Origin: Podarcis liolepis
Lineage: Eukaryota
Assembly: GCA_965112155.1 (NCBI GenBank)
Contig: OZ218098.1
Length of the DNA stretch: 64,000 nucleotides
Reading direction: 5' to 3' (one strand)
In this document: positions 37,349 through 51,900 of the stretch, in pieces
Layout of the letters: each line of letters starts with the position of its first letter
Position numbering within the stretch: the first letter of the stretch is position 1
Notes under the pieces: model-generated
Seen by the model: only the letters and a program-made list of their open reading frames with translations
Told to the model about the DNA's origin: nothing
Databases searched by the model: none
Position numbers and translations under genes: made by a program

Positions 37349-38789
37349 CTGAAATCTAGAGGAATTACTTCCAAGTAATCACTGTAACCCAGACGCTGCT
37401 GCAAAATACATATGGAATGCTTACATTAATTTTCCACATTCAGTTAAAAACAGAGAAGACAGATCCATGTGTGCATCCTCCTGTACACACATTGCTTCTA
37501 CCTTAAGAAAGGTCACAGAAATGTACTTCATATATGGCACTATACTTAAATTTCAATAAGGAAAAATTAGAAGGGATGGCAGTCAGGGAAAAGAGAAGCA
37601 GAAAGAGCCAAAGTTAGGTGAGACAGCCCCTTGTGTAACTGGGATACCCAAGCAGCCCCAGCTATACAAGATGGATAGAAAGCTAGTCAACACTACATTC
37701 CAGTATTTACCTATTACCCCATTTTTGAACCAGACATAGGGCCAGCCCGACAACAGAGACAAATCTGATAACTACATGAGGTGCCAGGTACATGACTCAG
37801 CCCTGCAAATGTATTGGGTGGTGAACTGTTGTCTGCACTTTAGGAAGAAGTGCACATAAGCAGCTTTAGCAGCTTGCAACTGCATGAATCCAATTAAAGG
37901 ATGGAGGGAATGGGAAGAGGAAGTTGCCTTATTTCTAAGTAAGGATTGCACAGGTAGGCTGCAATTCTATATATATTTAGCTGGGTGTAAGCCCCACTGA
38001 ACTTAGAAGTAAACAAACATAGGATTGTGCTACCAAGGTACTGTTGTTTCACTGCTGTGGACAGAGTATATGAGAGGGAACACAATTATAAATTGCCTAA
38101 TACAGCAAAACACCTTGGGCCAGCTCTGATAAGACAGACTTTGGAAAGCTGGCAAAGGAGGACTTTGGATGGCTTTTTCGCTTGTGAGTCCACTCAGCAA
38201 ATCAGCAACTCTCACTGTTTCCTCATATCCACCTAGGTTCTATTTTGTCCACAGGATTCCTTTACCCACGAGAGGAGTGCCCCACTCCTATAACTGTGGA
38301 AGGAACAGGAAGTATAAGCAGGGAGGTGCTGCATTTGATTGGTTGACATTCACAGTTATTTTATTTCAATCTCACCCCACAAGGGGATCAGGGGTGGAAG
38401 AGGAATGATTTAAACTTACACTCCCCTTCTGCCCACTCTCAATGTAAAATCCTGGGACCAAAACAGAACCTAAACCATTTGACCGCCTGTGCTTCTAGGC
38501 TAAGAAACTAGCCACAGAACCTCAGGATTCATTTTTACCGCTTTCCCGCAAGTTGGCTACAATCAGCTGCATGACACAAAAACAACAATCATTATTTGCT
38601 TTGCAAAGAAGCTACTTGGTGGATTACAACCAAAGGAATCAGAAGATCTTTAATGACTTTAACTAGTGCTTTTTTTCTAGAAAAAGAGGTGCAGGAACTC
38701 CCACTTTTTTATGGACAACCTTAAATTGTTGAGCTTATTTTAGGGTGGTGCAATGTGGTGGTGCAAGCCACAAAGAAGAATCATTTATA

Positions 38790-40226
38790 GCTTGCATTAC
38801 ATCCTCTAGTAACTGGCTAGAGGAGTTATTTTGGACCAGTTATTTGGAGGTTACTGATTCCCACTGTGGAGGAAGGGCCTCTGGAACATTTGAGGACTCA
38901 CTGTGATCAACTGGCTACACATTTTAACTCCTGCTTCACCTTTAGCCTGGCAGAAAGATTTCAAAGCACTCAACTTCAGAATGACCTTGACTCTAAAGTT
39001 GTTGCAGCTGCAGATGAAGTATCCAATGCTAGAGTCAGTGATGTGTTGTGGGATCAATTTCAGCTTACAAAGTCAGCCGAAGTGGGCAAGGTGCTAGTGG
39101 CTATATGCCTGACCACAGGCCGTCTTGATTCCAATCATCTTGGTTTATTAAATCTAACAAAGGGGGTTGACTGGTTGAGTTCAGAGTGTGGTTACTGTGT
39201 GAGGGGGGTGGTGCCTGCTGCCTTGAAAGAGGTAGCATTGGGAGAGGGCTTTTTAGCCTCCTGACAGTTAATGCTGTGGGATGCCACAGGGCACTTCTTT
39301 ATTTTCAGTGCTATTTAATATCTATATGAAGTGGCTGGGAACGGTCAGTCGGGGTGTGGGGGCAAAGTGCGATCAGTGTGCCAATGCCACAAAACTCTAT
39401 TTCTCTATAACATCTAAATCAAGAGAGATCAAGCAGGCCCTGGACCAATGCCTGGATGCAATGGTGAGATGGATAAGGGAAAATAAGCTGAGCTTGAAAC
39501 CTGGCAAGATGGAGGCACTGTGGGTGAGTAGCCCCTGTGTCCAAGAATTGGTCAATTGTCTTCCCTGAATAGACAATTGCATTCCCCTTGAAGGAGTAAT
39601 TACTCAGTCTGGAAGTGCTTCCAGATCCAGTTTTGTCACTTGAGGTTCAGGTAGCCTCGGTGGCTAGAAGTGCCTTTTACCAGCTGTGTGCCTTATGACT
39701 GTTACTGGACAAGGACAGTTTGACAACAATAATTCAAGACTGGATTACTGCAATGCATGCTATGTAAGGCTTCCCTTGCACTTGACTTGGAAACTGGAGT
39801 CAGTGCTGAATACTGTAGCACAGTTGCTGAAAGGAGTGAGCATAAAACACCTCTGGGCCCAGTTCAATGTGGGACTGCCTCACCCCATATGTGCACACTT
39901 GACAGCTTTTATTTGTGGAACTGGCACTGTTACACATATACTTGTTCCACAGTTTTAAGAAATTGAACTTTTAGTGTGGCAGCACATACACTTTGGAACT
40001 TCCTGCCTGTTGACATCAGGCAGGTGCCTTTGCTGTACTCTTTTCAGCACCTACTTAAAACATGTTTGTTTAGGCAAGCTTATCCAGACCTGTATTATCC
40101 AGTATTTTAATTTCTTTTAATTTCAATTACCTTTAAATGTTTTCATTTATAATTTTAATACTTACTGTAAACCACTTAGAAGTTTTACTGCAATCAAGCA
40201 GTATATAAATTTTGTTAAATAAAAAT
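38790..40226 (+). mobile_element. Decayed L2 LINE with reverse-transcriptase remnants and internal deletions
   Basis: It contains GVVPAALKE, GMPQGTSLFSVLFNIYMK, WIRENKLSLKPGKME and SRLDYCNACYVRLPL. The tail is tgtaaaccacttaga...gcagtatataaat...aaataaa. Confidence 0.88.
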
Positions 40227-43200
40227 AGTAAGTTCCTTTAAAATCTTAAGGAATGCTCTGATCAGAGCATTCCCTAACTCCTGCTTCACCTTTAGCCTGG
40301 CAGAAAGATTTCAAAGCACTGCACACATTGTAAGTTCTAAATAAATTACAAGCAGAGTTGTACGTACATTTGCAGCATGGTTTCGTAAATAATATTTTAT
40401 CTAACTCAATTCCCCTTCACTCTTCGACACTGTCCCCCACGTACAGTCATTCACCATATCCTCTCACACATCCTTTAGCTACCCCTCTCATACGTAACTT
40501 CTCACACATACTCCTAAAAGTTGGCCAACATCTTAATAATGCTGCCTGCTCTCTTTTTAGCTGAACCCACTCCCACCAATACATACAGGCACATCTGCCT
40601 GTAGGACTTATGTGCCAACACAATGATTTTTAGAAAAAAACAACACAACACTTGAACAGTTGGATTGTTAATAAACACTTCATAGCACCTCAGCAACTGA
40701 GCCAATAACTAGGAAGGCCTCACTTCAGTCAGCTGAACTCAGAGATCTTACAGTCAATTGCTATGGAAGTTGCATAGGTTGGGGAATAAATTGTGGTTAT
40801 GATAATATGGAGGTTTCAAAGCCACTACATTTAAAGCATTGTAGAAGTGTGTAAAAACATTTACTGGGACTCGTGGAAACAGGGATGTGGGAAACCTCAG
40901 TGGGAAATTTTTCTAGCTTTGTAATTCCTGCTAGGGGGGGGGGGTGATTCACATTTATGTTTTGCTCTAGGCAAAACTCCTTAAGGTCTTTGTGGAAAAA
41001 CTCCAAACTGACACTCAATTTTTGCTTCAGGTGAAGTTCAGTGGTAATACTACCAGTTCTTGAAAAGATATGGAGTCCCTGTATTTTACAAGCCCCGCCC
41101 CCTGACCCCCTAGTTGTAGTTAAGTCATGGGCCCCCAGTAGTCTTCCAGAAAGAGTAGCTAAAGAAGCCCTCTCTCTCCAATTTGAGTATTCAGAAATAT
41201 TTGTTTCAAACCTTACTGAAGCACATTGTCCTAATTATTAGAGAGAGAAAGATAACAGGAATTAAGAAAAAATAGGCCTGCATTTGAATAAGTGTACTTA
41301 TTCATTAATGTCACTGAGTATATTTATTCTCTAATGCAGAAAGTAACAATGTTAGCAAGGTTTTAAGGCATTCTGGAATTATAACTGCCTGACCAATACA
41401 GACCCAACACTATAGTTTCAAACGCTAAAATATTACAGAGATCAAAACCTTAGATTTTTTAGTTAACAGCTGCAGTGAGTACAAAGCCATTCTTAAGTCC
41501 CCGACACATTTTGAACAAAGTTTTCTTTAAAAGACTGTAAGGAGGAACCAATATATTGATTATTAGGACTAGTGTTGAATCAATGAACGGAGCATGCTAA
41601 TTTGTACAATAACTCTATCAAATCTGAACATAAGAAGCTACCACTCTTTTCCTATCAGTTTTAAAAATACAGTAGTAATACAAAATGATAACAAAGAGAG
41701 GCCAAAGCCTGAGGGACTCCATTCTCTTCCCATGAAATGCAATGGCAAATAAAAATAAATCATTCACAGTGAGGCTCTGAATGGGCAGTGGGACTTAACT
41801 ATACTTGCAGCCATAAGGGGGGTCTCTATGGCTGAGGGCTCAGGCTGGCAGGACATTGTAGGAAATGGTCATTGGCGCTGCTCATGAGCTAAGCTTTCCG
41901 TCTCTAGGGCTATCAATCTGGCAACTTTCACAGGCACTAAAAATCACACACACACAAATTAAGCGAAAGATATAGGAAAATACTGCAGTGTCAAGACATA
42001 TTTAAAGTAGAGTTTGGAACTGAACTTCTGTGATGTTTCCTGCAGCTTGCCTGAACACTTTTTTCCATTCAATACATTAAAGGGCTATGATCAAGGCTAG
42101 AAGACCTAAAATTAGACCTGCCAGCTGTGTTTTGGTTAGTGAATATTCACAGGCCCTGCTATCCCTGTGGCCAGCCTGTCTTGTCCTTTCGAGTAAACAG
42201 AATGCTGATTTGTCTAATCGATTTCATTATCCTATTGGCTAAAAAATAATAATCTGGAGATCAAAAGACACAGAGAAGACCATATCTAGGCAAATATCTG
42301 TCAAAGCAAACCAATTGTCTACAATGTATTTAGAACTGTATCTATTTTACAGATCTTTCTTGGAGTGGTGGCCAGAATGAATGTATTCAAAGTTTAAGAA
42401 ATTAAGATAAATTACTTAAAATTAAAGTTCTTTATTGCAGAAATGTACAGTGAGAAAATGCATAATAAATGTGTTACTAATAAGTTACAGATAAATCTTA
42501 GCAGTATTAAATTTCTAATCAGTGGTTGCCTGAAACCAATTTTTTGTTTCGTTTTATGAAACAGCTTCTAGCTACATAATCCACAGGTATGCCCTTTACA
42601 TGTGTAAATATATAATTGAGCTAAGGATCTCCAAAATTAGATGACCCAAAGTAGAGACAACATTGGACAGCTTGATTATTTAAAATTACCAGATGAGTTC
42701 TGTTCTTTCTAAATATCTAACAATCATCAAAATGAGTCAGTCAGATTCATGTGTGAGTGTTATTGCCCTGTAATTACAGGTTGCAAGGGGGGATTGGCAA
42801 CCTTCAAAATAATTGGAAACATATGTATCAATGCTTAATAAAAGGCTATGCTGTGCAAAAAACAAGTGTAAGAAGAAGAGAACAGATTCATATCACTACA
42901 ATATATGCTCAAATGTTTGTTTTTAAAATATCTTAGATTATTCCTTTACACATAAAAACATACACATATACAAAGTATTTAGTAAGATGACAGCCACATC
43001 AGAATCTCTGCACGGTGCTTCCTTCCACATTTTCCCTAAAAGGGTAGAATCTACCTGTAAGTAGGTAATGGTCCATGATTAAAAAGAATTAGTGGAAGCT
43101 AAAACATATTGCATCTCATACAAATCATTGTCCCCTCATGTCCAATCTATAAAATAAACGCCCCTGACTCTCTCAAAAGCTCATCTCAGAAACTTTACAC

Positions 43201-44359
43201 CACTTTTCCACTTTAACCTTCCAGCAGATCCCTGGAACACACTACTTGAGTTGCTACTATCAATGCATTTAACACAATCAATGCTTCCTTTTGATTAAGG
43301 CTGCCTACAAAAACCTTTAAGGTATGAGCACCACCAGATGTCCAGGATGAATTATAGTCTTAGACTAAATTTATGTTAGCTCTGAGGAGATACGATAAGC
43401 TTTCTCCACATAGCTGTCCAGTCACCACTTCCTCCTCCTGCGGTCCAGCTCTGGTAGGCTTCAGGCAATGGTTCTCTGACAGGAAGTTTTAACTGCCGTG
43501 AGGTCCAGGGTCCTGCAAAAGCCACAGGAACTCTTGTGGTACTTATATTTTTTGTGCAGTCATGGCCAGGGTTGTCTGTGGGAACCCTACCAGTTATTTC
43601 ACTTAAAGTAGTAAATGTGACAGACCTGCTGTCCACATTTAAAAGCCTTCACAAGACGTAATACTATGCTACTTTATCCAAGGGAATTTGGAGAATTGGA
43701 GTATTGGAGTACCGGAGAATTTTGGGAAGAGCTTATCGTGGGCAAGCATATATTTGAAATGAAACTTGAATAGAAAGGGGAAAACTGCCTTTTCCCCTTG
43801 TAGTAGGAGGTATAAGCTGGTGAACTGAGCTAGGCTTGGAGAAGAAGGGTACTTAGCCCTGCTATGGGATACAAATTCAGAAATGGTTCAGGGGGGAAAC
43901 AATAATCTAATACAGTGTTAAACAGACAAGTCTCTGGTTTATTCTTTTAGGGGGCTAAAGCAGAGGTAGGGAAGGATTAAGAATGGAAAGGAGTACTAAT
44001 TGTCTTTCATTTCACAACAAATCACAGAGCAATATATTCTCAGGGAGTATTAGCCAGGTTTAACTGTACAGCTTCCACGATGATGTTTGTAAAAATTGTT
44101 ACTGTGAGAGGTTGGGGAGAAAGAATGGATTGTGAAGGGCTAGAGACAGTCAGTTAAGGGTGTGATAGGCAGAATGAGATTCGGCAGGAAAGAGAGAAAG
44201 TCCAGCATAGAGATTGGCAGGAAGCAACTCATCACAGAGGTCAAAGCCTTCACTATGCCCGTTCCCCAGCTCCATAAATCTGCCTTTAAGCTTTGTAACT
44301 AACCCACCTTAAGTACTCAGAAAGCAAATCTTGCCTTGGTTCTCATCACTCCATAACAT

Positions 44360-44655
44360 AGGTGTCCAGTCTTTGCTCTTCACTGCCTCTCCCTTGCCTG
44401 CCTCTCCCATGGCATTTACATAGCAACCACTGGGGCTTGGACACACTGCTTATGCTTAACAATGGGATCAAGCCTATCAGAATCTCCACTCCTACACAAT
44501 TACTTCGAGATGTATTTTTGCACTCTTGCTTCGGCACCCCTTTGTCTTCCCTTAGCTTCCCTATGTTCCAAGATATCCTGAACAATTGGTTTTAATTGTT
44601 GTAACCTACCCTGGGACCTTAGGGTGAAGGGTGAGTCAAGAACAACAACAACACA
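44360..44655 (+). mobile_element. Retroposon 3' end (L2-type) with a (CAA)n tail
   Basis: ttttaattgttgtaacctaccctgggaccttagggtgaagggtgagt followed by caacaacaac. Confidence 0.5.
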
Positions 44656-45330
44656 GCTACTGGAAGGATTTTTTTTATTTTGACTATGGCAGACCAACAC
44701 GGCTACCTATCTGTAACAACACAGCAATAACACAAGCTATTACAAAAAATATATATACAGTGTAAAGCAATAGTGGCAAAATGATGCATACTTATTTGTC
44801 ACAAAATATGTCAACTTGCCAGCTATATCATGTAACAAGAGTATTTTTATAATTTATTGATGATGATGATGATGATTTTGACACAGCTGTGTGTGTTTCT
44901 GCTATTGGTACCATCACATGCTGTTTATCTGCGTAAACAAATTTGCCATATGAGTAGTGTAGACAAATAAATATTCAATATGTAATAAAGTCATATGTGA
45001 TATTTTTAAAGGTTTTGAATGTTCTCTCTCATATTATACTTAAGATGGATGGCTACCCACACACAAGCATGAAGACAGACAATTCAGCTCTCTATTTCTA
45101 AATGTATTTATATATGAATGTTTGAGTGCATGTGTATATATGTGCTCACAAGCTCCCATGTGTTCCAGAGCTTTCCTTTTACTGTTTTTCCTGAACCTCT
45201 ACATGAGTAATATCCAACATCATGGACCTTGAACACTGATGATTCTGGCTAACGCTTTTATCCTTTGCTTGAAATTACAGGATCAGTCTAGCCAGAATTT
45301 ATGAGAACCAGACCCTAGACCTCACATAGC

Positions 45331-45486
45331 NNNNNNNNNNNNNNNNNNNNNNNNNNNNNNNNNNNNNNNNNNNNNNNNNNNNNNNNNNNNNNNNNNNNNN
45401 NNNNNNNNNNNNNNNNNNNNNNNNNNNNNNNNNNNNNNNNNNNNNNNNNNNNNNNNNNNNNNNNNNNNNNNNNNNNNNNNNNNNNN
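45331..45486. other. Assembly gap (156 N)
   Basis: Run of N. Confidence 1.
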
Positions 45487-46221
45487 TACAGAAATCTCAT
45501 TGCTTCACAATGATGCAACTAATATCTCTCTTGTCCATGCTGAGATGGGGTTGTAAAGAAAATCAACACTGAAATTTCAGGAAATTAGCTGATGGGTTAT
45601 TTGCTGTTCACACTTATAGATTACTTAATTAAATATTCATGGTTCTTTATGGGTGTCTGGGTACATTTGTGCACCCTTTTAGTTTTATATGCACACATAC
45701 AAATCACGAAAGTGTAATTTAGCTTTCCTAAAAGCTAAATTATATATTATAACAGCATATGATATTAATTGCTGTTGCACTGTAAATAAGTGGGAAAATA
45801 CCCTTGACCCTAAAACAATTTAAAATATTTCTTGATACCTTGTGATGTGGAAGAAAATGAAATATCTACTCTAAATGGCATTTAGCCTCTCATTGTCACT
45901 TCTTAGCAGTGAGTGTTTCTAGCCAATAAGCCCACTTTCTTTGAAGTAGCCAGACCCATCTTTTACTAACTCTACTTTGGTTGGTTAGAAGGTTGCAACT
46001 TTTTATTTCAGATTCAGACATAATAACAGTTATTCAGCTCTTCATGCCCTCAAAGCTACTACTATACATGATGTTGTTGGCATCTGTCTGTCTCAAGAGA
46101 CAATGGAAGAGTGCGCCATCAGGGGTAAAGCCAAACCACTGGAGAGTTACAGCGCCTCCATCTACCACTTTCATTATTTCAAACTACAGGTTTTGAAAAA
46201 TTCCTTCATTGTTTCTCTGTG

Positions 46222-46328
46222 GCACAATGAGTCAGCGTGTCTGGCTGTTAACCAGGGATGGTTGTGGGCCGGATTCCTATATTCCAGGGGTTTGATGGCC
46301 CTCAGGATGCCTTTGAACTCTATGATTC
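46222..46328 (+). mobile_element. Decayed short SINE with a CR1-type tail
   Basis: ggattcctatattccagggg...gccctcaggatgcctttgaactctatgattc, after a tRNA-like head. Confidence 0.55.
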
Positions 46329-48865
46329 ACTGCTTTGGGCTCCATTAAAACCAAATGACTTATTATGTAAGAAATGCATTTTTAACTAAGAATTTGAAGT
46401 GGCTGTTAGAAATGGTATCTTTAAAAAATATGCTGTTATACTTAGCCCAAACTAAAGAGCAAACAACGAACGGTGAGATCCAGGTAAAAGTAAGAATTTC
46501 TAAATTTCATTGATTTTAGGGGGAGAAAATTGAGCATGTAACCCAGCTTAAAAGTGGCTGGATCTTGCCCTAATGGAAAATATATATCTTAGGCAGATAT
46601 TTTCAGTACAGGTGTTCAGAATGCTCTCTGATTTACAAAAAACAAGCACAATGATTTTTAGTCACTATGCGCTGTATAGCTAGGGATCTGATTAATTTTA
46701 AGTTCACATAATATATATATTTCACTAGCCACACTTTAGAAACCTACAGATATATGTTTAAAGTACCATGTGCCATGATCCTGCAATGTGATGAGTGTCT
46801 GTTGCTACTTACTCATCTGAGGAATCTGAGAACAGGCAGCGCCTCACAGGATGCACTTCACACCATACAGAATTGGACACTTGTTCTAACTAAAACAAAC
46901 AGTGTACAAAAGGTCATCAGTCCCAGTGACTAAAACAGTTTTGATGGAGACCAGTCTTTGACCTTGTTGACATGTGTCTCTATTCTTTTCAGCAGCCCTT
47001 GGTGTCCACATCAGAGGAATGCAAAACAATCATCTGCTGAGGTGGCCATAGGTCTCTTTGTGCAATATATAGAACACACACTCTTTAATGCACAGTAAGG
47101 CAGCTATTTTTTGCACTTTATGTAGGAGTAACTAGCTGATTTAACCAAGTTATCAGCTACATACTTTGACATGTCAACAGTGTATATGAATAGTGTCTAT
47201 AGTGCCAGTATGCATACCCCTGAAGAATTATTCTGGCTTGAGGATCAAATGAATGACTTTTACCCTTCTTTAACTCTAGCCTTTGTGCCTCCTGCCAGGT
47301 CTCCCAGGGCTAAAAGATGTTCCCATTTCAACTCACCAACCCTCGGGTTGTATCTAAGAAAATTATAGTCAGAGCAGACCCACTGAGATTAATGGGCCTG
47401 AAGTTATTCATATCCATTATTTTCAATGGGTCTACTATGAGTACCATTAATAAGGCTATAGCCCTATCTTCATTATTTCCACTCTTAAGTCCCTCCTCAA
47501 AACCAAATTTAAATTATGCCCTTGACTGCCCTTATGCCACCTTTCAGGGACTCCCTCTTTTTATTTATTTTATGAGATTTTTATCCAACCCTTCAGTCTG
47601 TCTGGGTTTGTACTGTTTTACATTATCATGGCCTCATCATCTCCCTTTATTGGTGTTTCATCTTAACAAAATTAAATTCTCTAGCCAACGAGGGTTTTTT
47701 GTTCTGTATAATACCTAACATCCTGTTACCACTGAATAAATGTTTAATAACAGTAATTCTAAATAAAATTGTGAGGTAAACCTCTTTCCTCCATAAAAAT
47801 TGTCCGAAACTGTTTCTTCCTGTAAATCCAAAAAAGGGTTTATTCATTTGTATTTTTATACTTTGTTCAATAGGACAAGTAAGTCACAACTGGAAACTTT
47901 ACCTCATAAACTAGCCATTATCATTAGCCATTGAAAAGATAAAATCACTTGATTTGGTTGTGAACCACATATTAGGTTTAAAAACACTCCAATGATACTG
48001 GGAGATGACAACTTTGTATGGATCAAGAAAACAGAATTTATGAAAGAATGACGGTTTAATTTGAAGTTACAGCAACCTTGGCATTCCATGCCAGCTGACA
48101 TGGACACTGATCTAAGGTTAAGGAAGAAAATGAAAATTTGCATACTTGGGCTGAATAAAAATATTTTTTCTTTTCTTTTCTTTGAAAGATCTAAAGCCTT
48201 CTATGTGCAACAATGGCTCAAAACGAAAGACCATACTAGACATGTCGGGTAAATATTTGGCCCAGATTCAATTAAACAGTTGGGCTAGCAGGAGCCAGAA
48301 TAACATGTCCATTAGTACAATGGAGCTTTCCCCAACTTTTCACTCCCATATGCTCCACCCTCCCAAATCAACTCGGGGGGTGGGAAGTCAGAAGAATCAG
48401 TTTACCATTTACTTAGAAAATGGGATGGAAAAGTCTACTTCCTACAAAACTGCCTAGGTAGCATTGCCTATCAGAATGTCCTCAGGGCTCCATACATAGA
48501 GGGATCACTGAGGCCATTCTGGTGGCTCAACCCCTGAATCTCAATGTACACACAATGTGCATGGTCATCTGCATTGTTGAAGTCTGTACAAGTAGAGCTC
48601 TACATATGCAGACATCTACACAATCTGGAACCCCAACTGAATGCTTTGAGATAGGTTTTCCTTATGCAGACATCCACACACAATGCATCAGCTTTGAGCA
48701 CTGTATTTCCCTGGAAATATCATGTTGGAGCCAGCAGCCTGGCTCCACTGCTCCTTTCTGTGGAGGTCCGTTCACATGAATATCACATGCAAGAGACTAC
48801 AGTCAACTTGTTAAACAAGGACAATATAACTTGATGTGACCTTATCATATGCTTGAGCAGCCTCG

Positions 48866-48997
48866 CAGGGGTAGGCAACCTAAGACCCGTGGGCCGGATG
48901 TGGCCCAATCATATTCTCAATCCAGCCCACGGATGGTCCGGGAATCAGCATGTTTTTACATGAGTAGAATGTGTCCTTTTATTTAAAATGCATTTCT
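48866..48997. mobile_element. Truncated hAT (Charlie-type) element end
   Basis: caggggtaggcaacctaagacccgtgggccggatgtggccc..., with no partner end. Confidence 0.75.
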
Positions 48998-51900
48998 AGA
49001 TAAGGTTTGACCATATGAACTAGTGAAACATCACTAGCTGAGCAAGCAGCCTACGGAGGGACAAAGAAGGTTGGTATTTTATAAAAACTCTTTACTGAGC
49101 TCTAAACATTTTCAATAGTATAGCAACGAGAGATACTGTTGTACTGTGGAACCTTCATGGTGAAAGTCTGTAGTACTTTTATTGGAAGAAGGCCAAGCAG
49201 GGTCAATCCTTCTAAAGAACTATAATCATAAAGTGCATATATATCTAGAAGTCACTGCCTCATAAACACAAAGTTTTCTCTGTAAGATATACTGAGTTAC
49301 TGAGTTTAATCCAACAGTGATGTAAATCAGAACTGCCTGTCAAGGTTCTGACATTGGTGGCTTACCAATAAACCTCTTTCTTGATCCTTGTGTGGTAGAT
49401 GCTACACAGAGGAAATTTTGGTACCACTGAACAACAGTGTGTACCATGGCAACTCTGCCCAGCTGCAAGTTCACAAAGGTGGACGAAAGGGTAGAACTGA
49501 GACAGGGGTTTCTCTAAGATAGGATAACAACTTTTGAACTCAGTTCAACCTCTAAACTGAAATAGAGTCAACAAACCCGAGGAAGATCAGGGGTTCTTGG
49601 TTCACTATTTTTCTATCTGGACTCCTGAGCAAATAAACAACAGTGGGTTCTTATCTCTTTCGGGCAGAATTTACCTTCCATAAGTAAACAAAGCAAGGAC
49701 TGGAAATCTTTCTTAATAACCCCTTGTTTATTTAGATTCAGACTGTTATCAGCCAATAACATCTATATCTTTATGATAGATTGGTAGTGTCTGCTCTGTT
49801 CAAGTGTCCAAGAAAGGGAATATAATTGTATTTGATATTTCCCTAATGATTTAAATGAGTCTCTGTCCAAAATAAAACATTAAATGATGGGCCCAACAGT
49901 ACATATAAAGAAATAAAATGGACCCTAGGTTTTAATTTCAGTGAGTATAAATGTTCAAAAACATCTTTGGAGGGCCAAATTAGACATGATACTAAAAATG
50001 TAGAAACCAGCAATATCAGGGAGGTATAATCTTTTCTTCCTCAAAGTCCTGATGGAAAGTTTTCATCCCCTACCACAGCAATGAACCTTATCTCTAAAGA
50101 TTCATAGCCACATGCGTAGAGCAGTAATTTTCACTAGTACTGTGGCTGGAAAGTGTTAGTAAATATCCCTTCTTCATGCACTGCATTCCTAAGGGAAATA
50201 ACCCCCTTGAACCTAATAATAATAATAATATTGATAAAGTTGACCCAAAGCAACACTTACTAATGGCACCTTTAAAGTCACATTTACTTTGGCCCTGAGA
50301 AGTAGAAGTTTGAACACCCTCCATTCTTGCATAACCCTTCCCTGTGTGTATGACAACCTTTTCATTTGTGATAAAGTACATAAACTAGACAAAACCAGAG
50401 CAAGCATTACAAGTTAGATTTAGTCTGCAAATCAATTGATTCAATATGAATGTAGTGACAGGCCATGTGATTATAACAAACCTGTAATTCTGGCTTGAAG
50501 TGAAGGTTATTAGAAAAGTCATGAAGACACATTGAATTGAAATTCAGAATACCTAATAACTAAACTCCCTTATAATAATAAAAATTGAAGATTCTGAAAA
50601 GATTCTGATTTGGACCACTGTCTGTATGATCTCAGTATTTGGAAATAAATAATTTCCTAATTAATATTTTGTAGGCAAGTATATTGTTATGCCAAACAAA
50701 ACTAAATATAAGAAAGGAAACAGATGAATTTTCTGGAGAAGTTGGGAAGATGAGAGAGCAAGAGAAGAATTCAGCTCTATTTTTGTCTCTTCCCTACCTA
50801 CAGCACCTTTACCCATTTTAGGCAGTCAAAAAAGATGGAAGGAGAGAAACCACTCTCTTGAGAAAAAGGAGCACTGGCAACTGGAGAGTCACATAGTACT
50901 CCTGAGATAGCCAGATTTTGCCTAGGGGGTGTCAGTTGCTAATCCCTAATGTCATATGTATGTTTTGTGCATGCAAATTCCACAACATTCACTTGGATTT
51001 TTAAATTGCCACCTATAATGTCTCAGTAACTATCAAGAATAGAGATTATTTAAATATATATACTATGCATATATGCTGTCATGAGTGTGAATGATTATAT
51101 GCATCTTCATTTCTGGATGGTACAGGATGACTACAGTTACTAATATTTCACCATGAGATTCTATTGTATAAAGTGTTCTTAGATGCTTAATAATAAATGC
51201 ACGCACACATTAACACTCAGCTTAACTAGTGTTACAGAAACATATTGTACCATCTGTTTGGCAGAACCCATCCAAGGTTTATCAAATCTCTTTGTAGCTA
51301 GAATTTATACAAAATTTTATAAAAGTGTATCAGTGGACAAAATGAGCTCTTCTCAAACTCTCTGGTTTGATTCTAAACCAACTGGGTAATTAGTCCTAGC
51401 TGACGCAAATGGTCTATAGAAATGGTGGTTTTCTATTTTATTTTTAAGACCAAACCACAGACTTTCAGCTATCACTATCGGAAATGGATTTTCACTTTAG
51501 AACACATAGCAACATTCTATACTATTTAAAACATTTCTAGTTAAAACATTATCCTAGTGAAAGGTTTCCTCTGGACAAGATACACAGCACTGGCAATAAA
51601 CTTAATCAAAATAAATAAATGAGAAATCATGCTTATTTAATAGCACATTATAGTTGCAATCTTAGACCCACTTCCCACGGAGTAAAACCAACTAAACTAA
51701 GTGGACTTACTTCTGAGTAGTCATATACAGCATTGCACTGAAGTTCCTTGAATGAGCTTTTGATTTTCTGCCAACTCTAAATAGGTTTGATCAAAGTAGC
51801 TACTATTCCTATTTTAATAGTTTTTGTTACAATGATCAACAGAAGCAGAATTATGAAAACAAAGATCTAGTTCTAAACAATCATTTCCATGGAAACTTTT

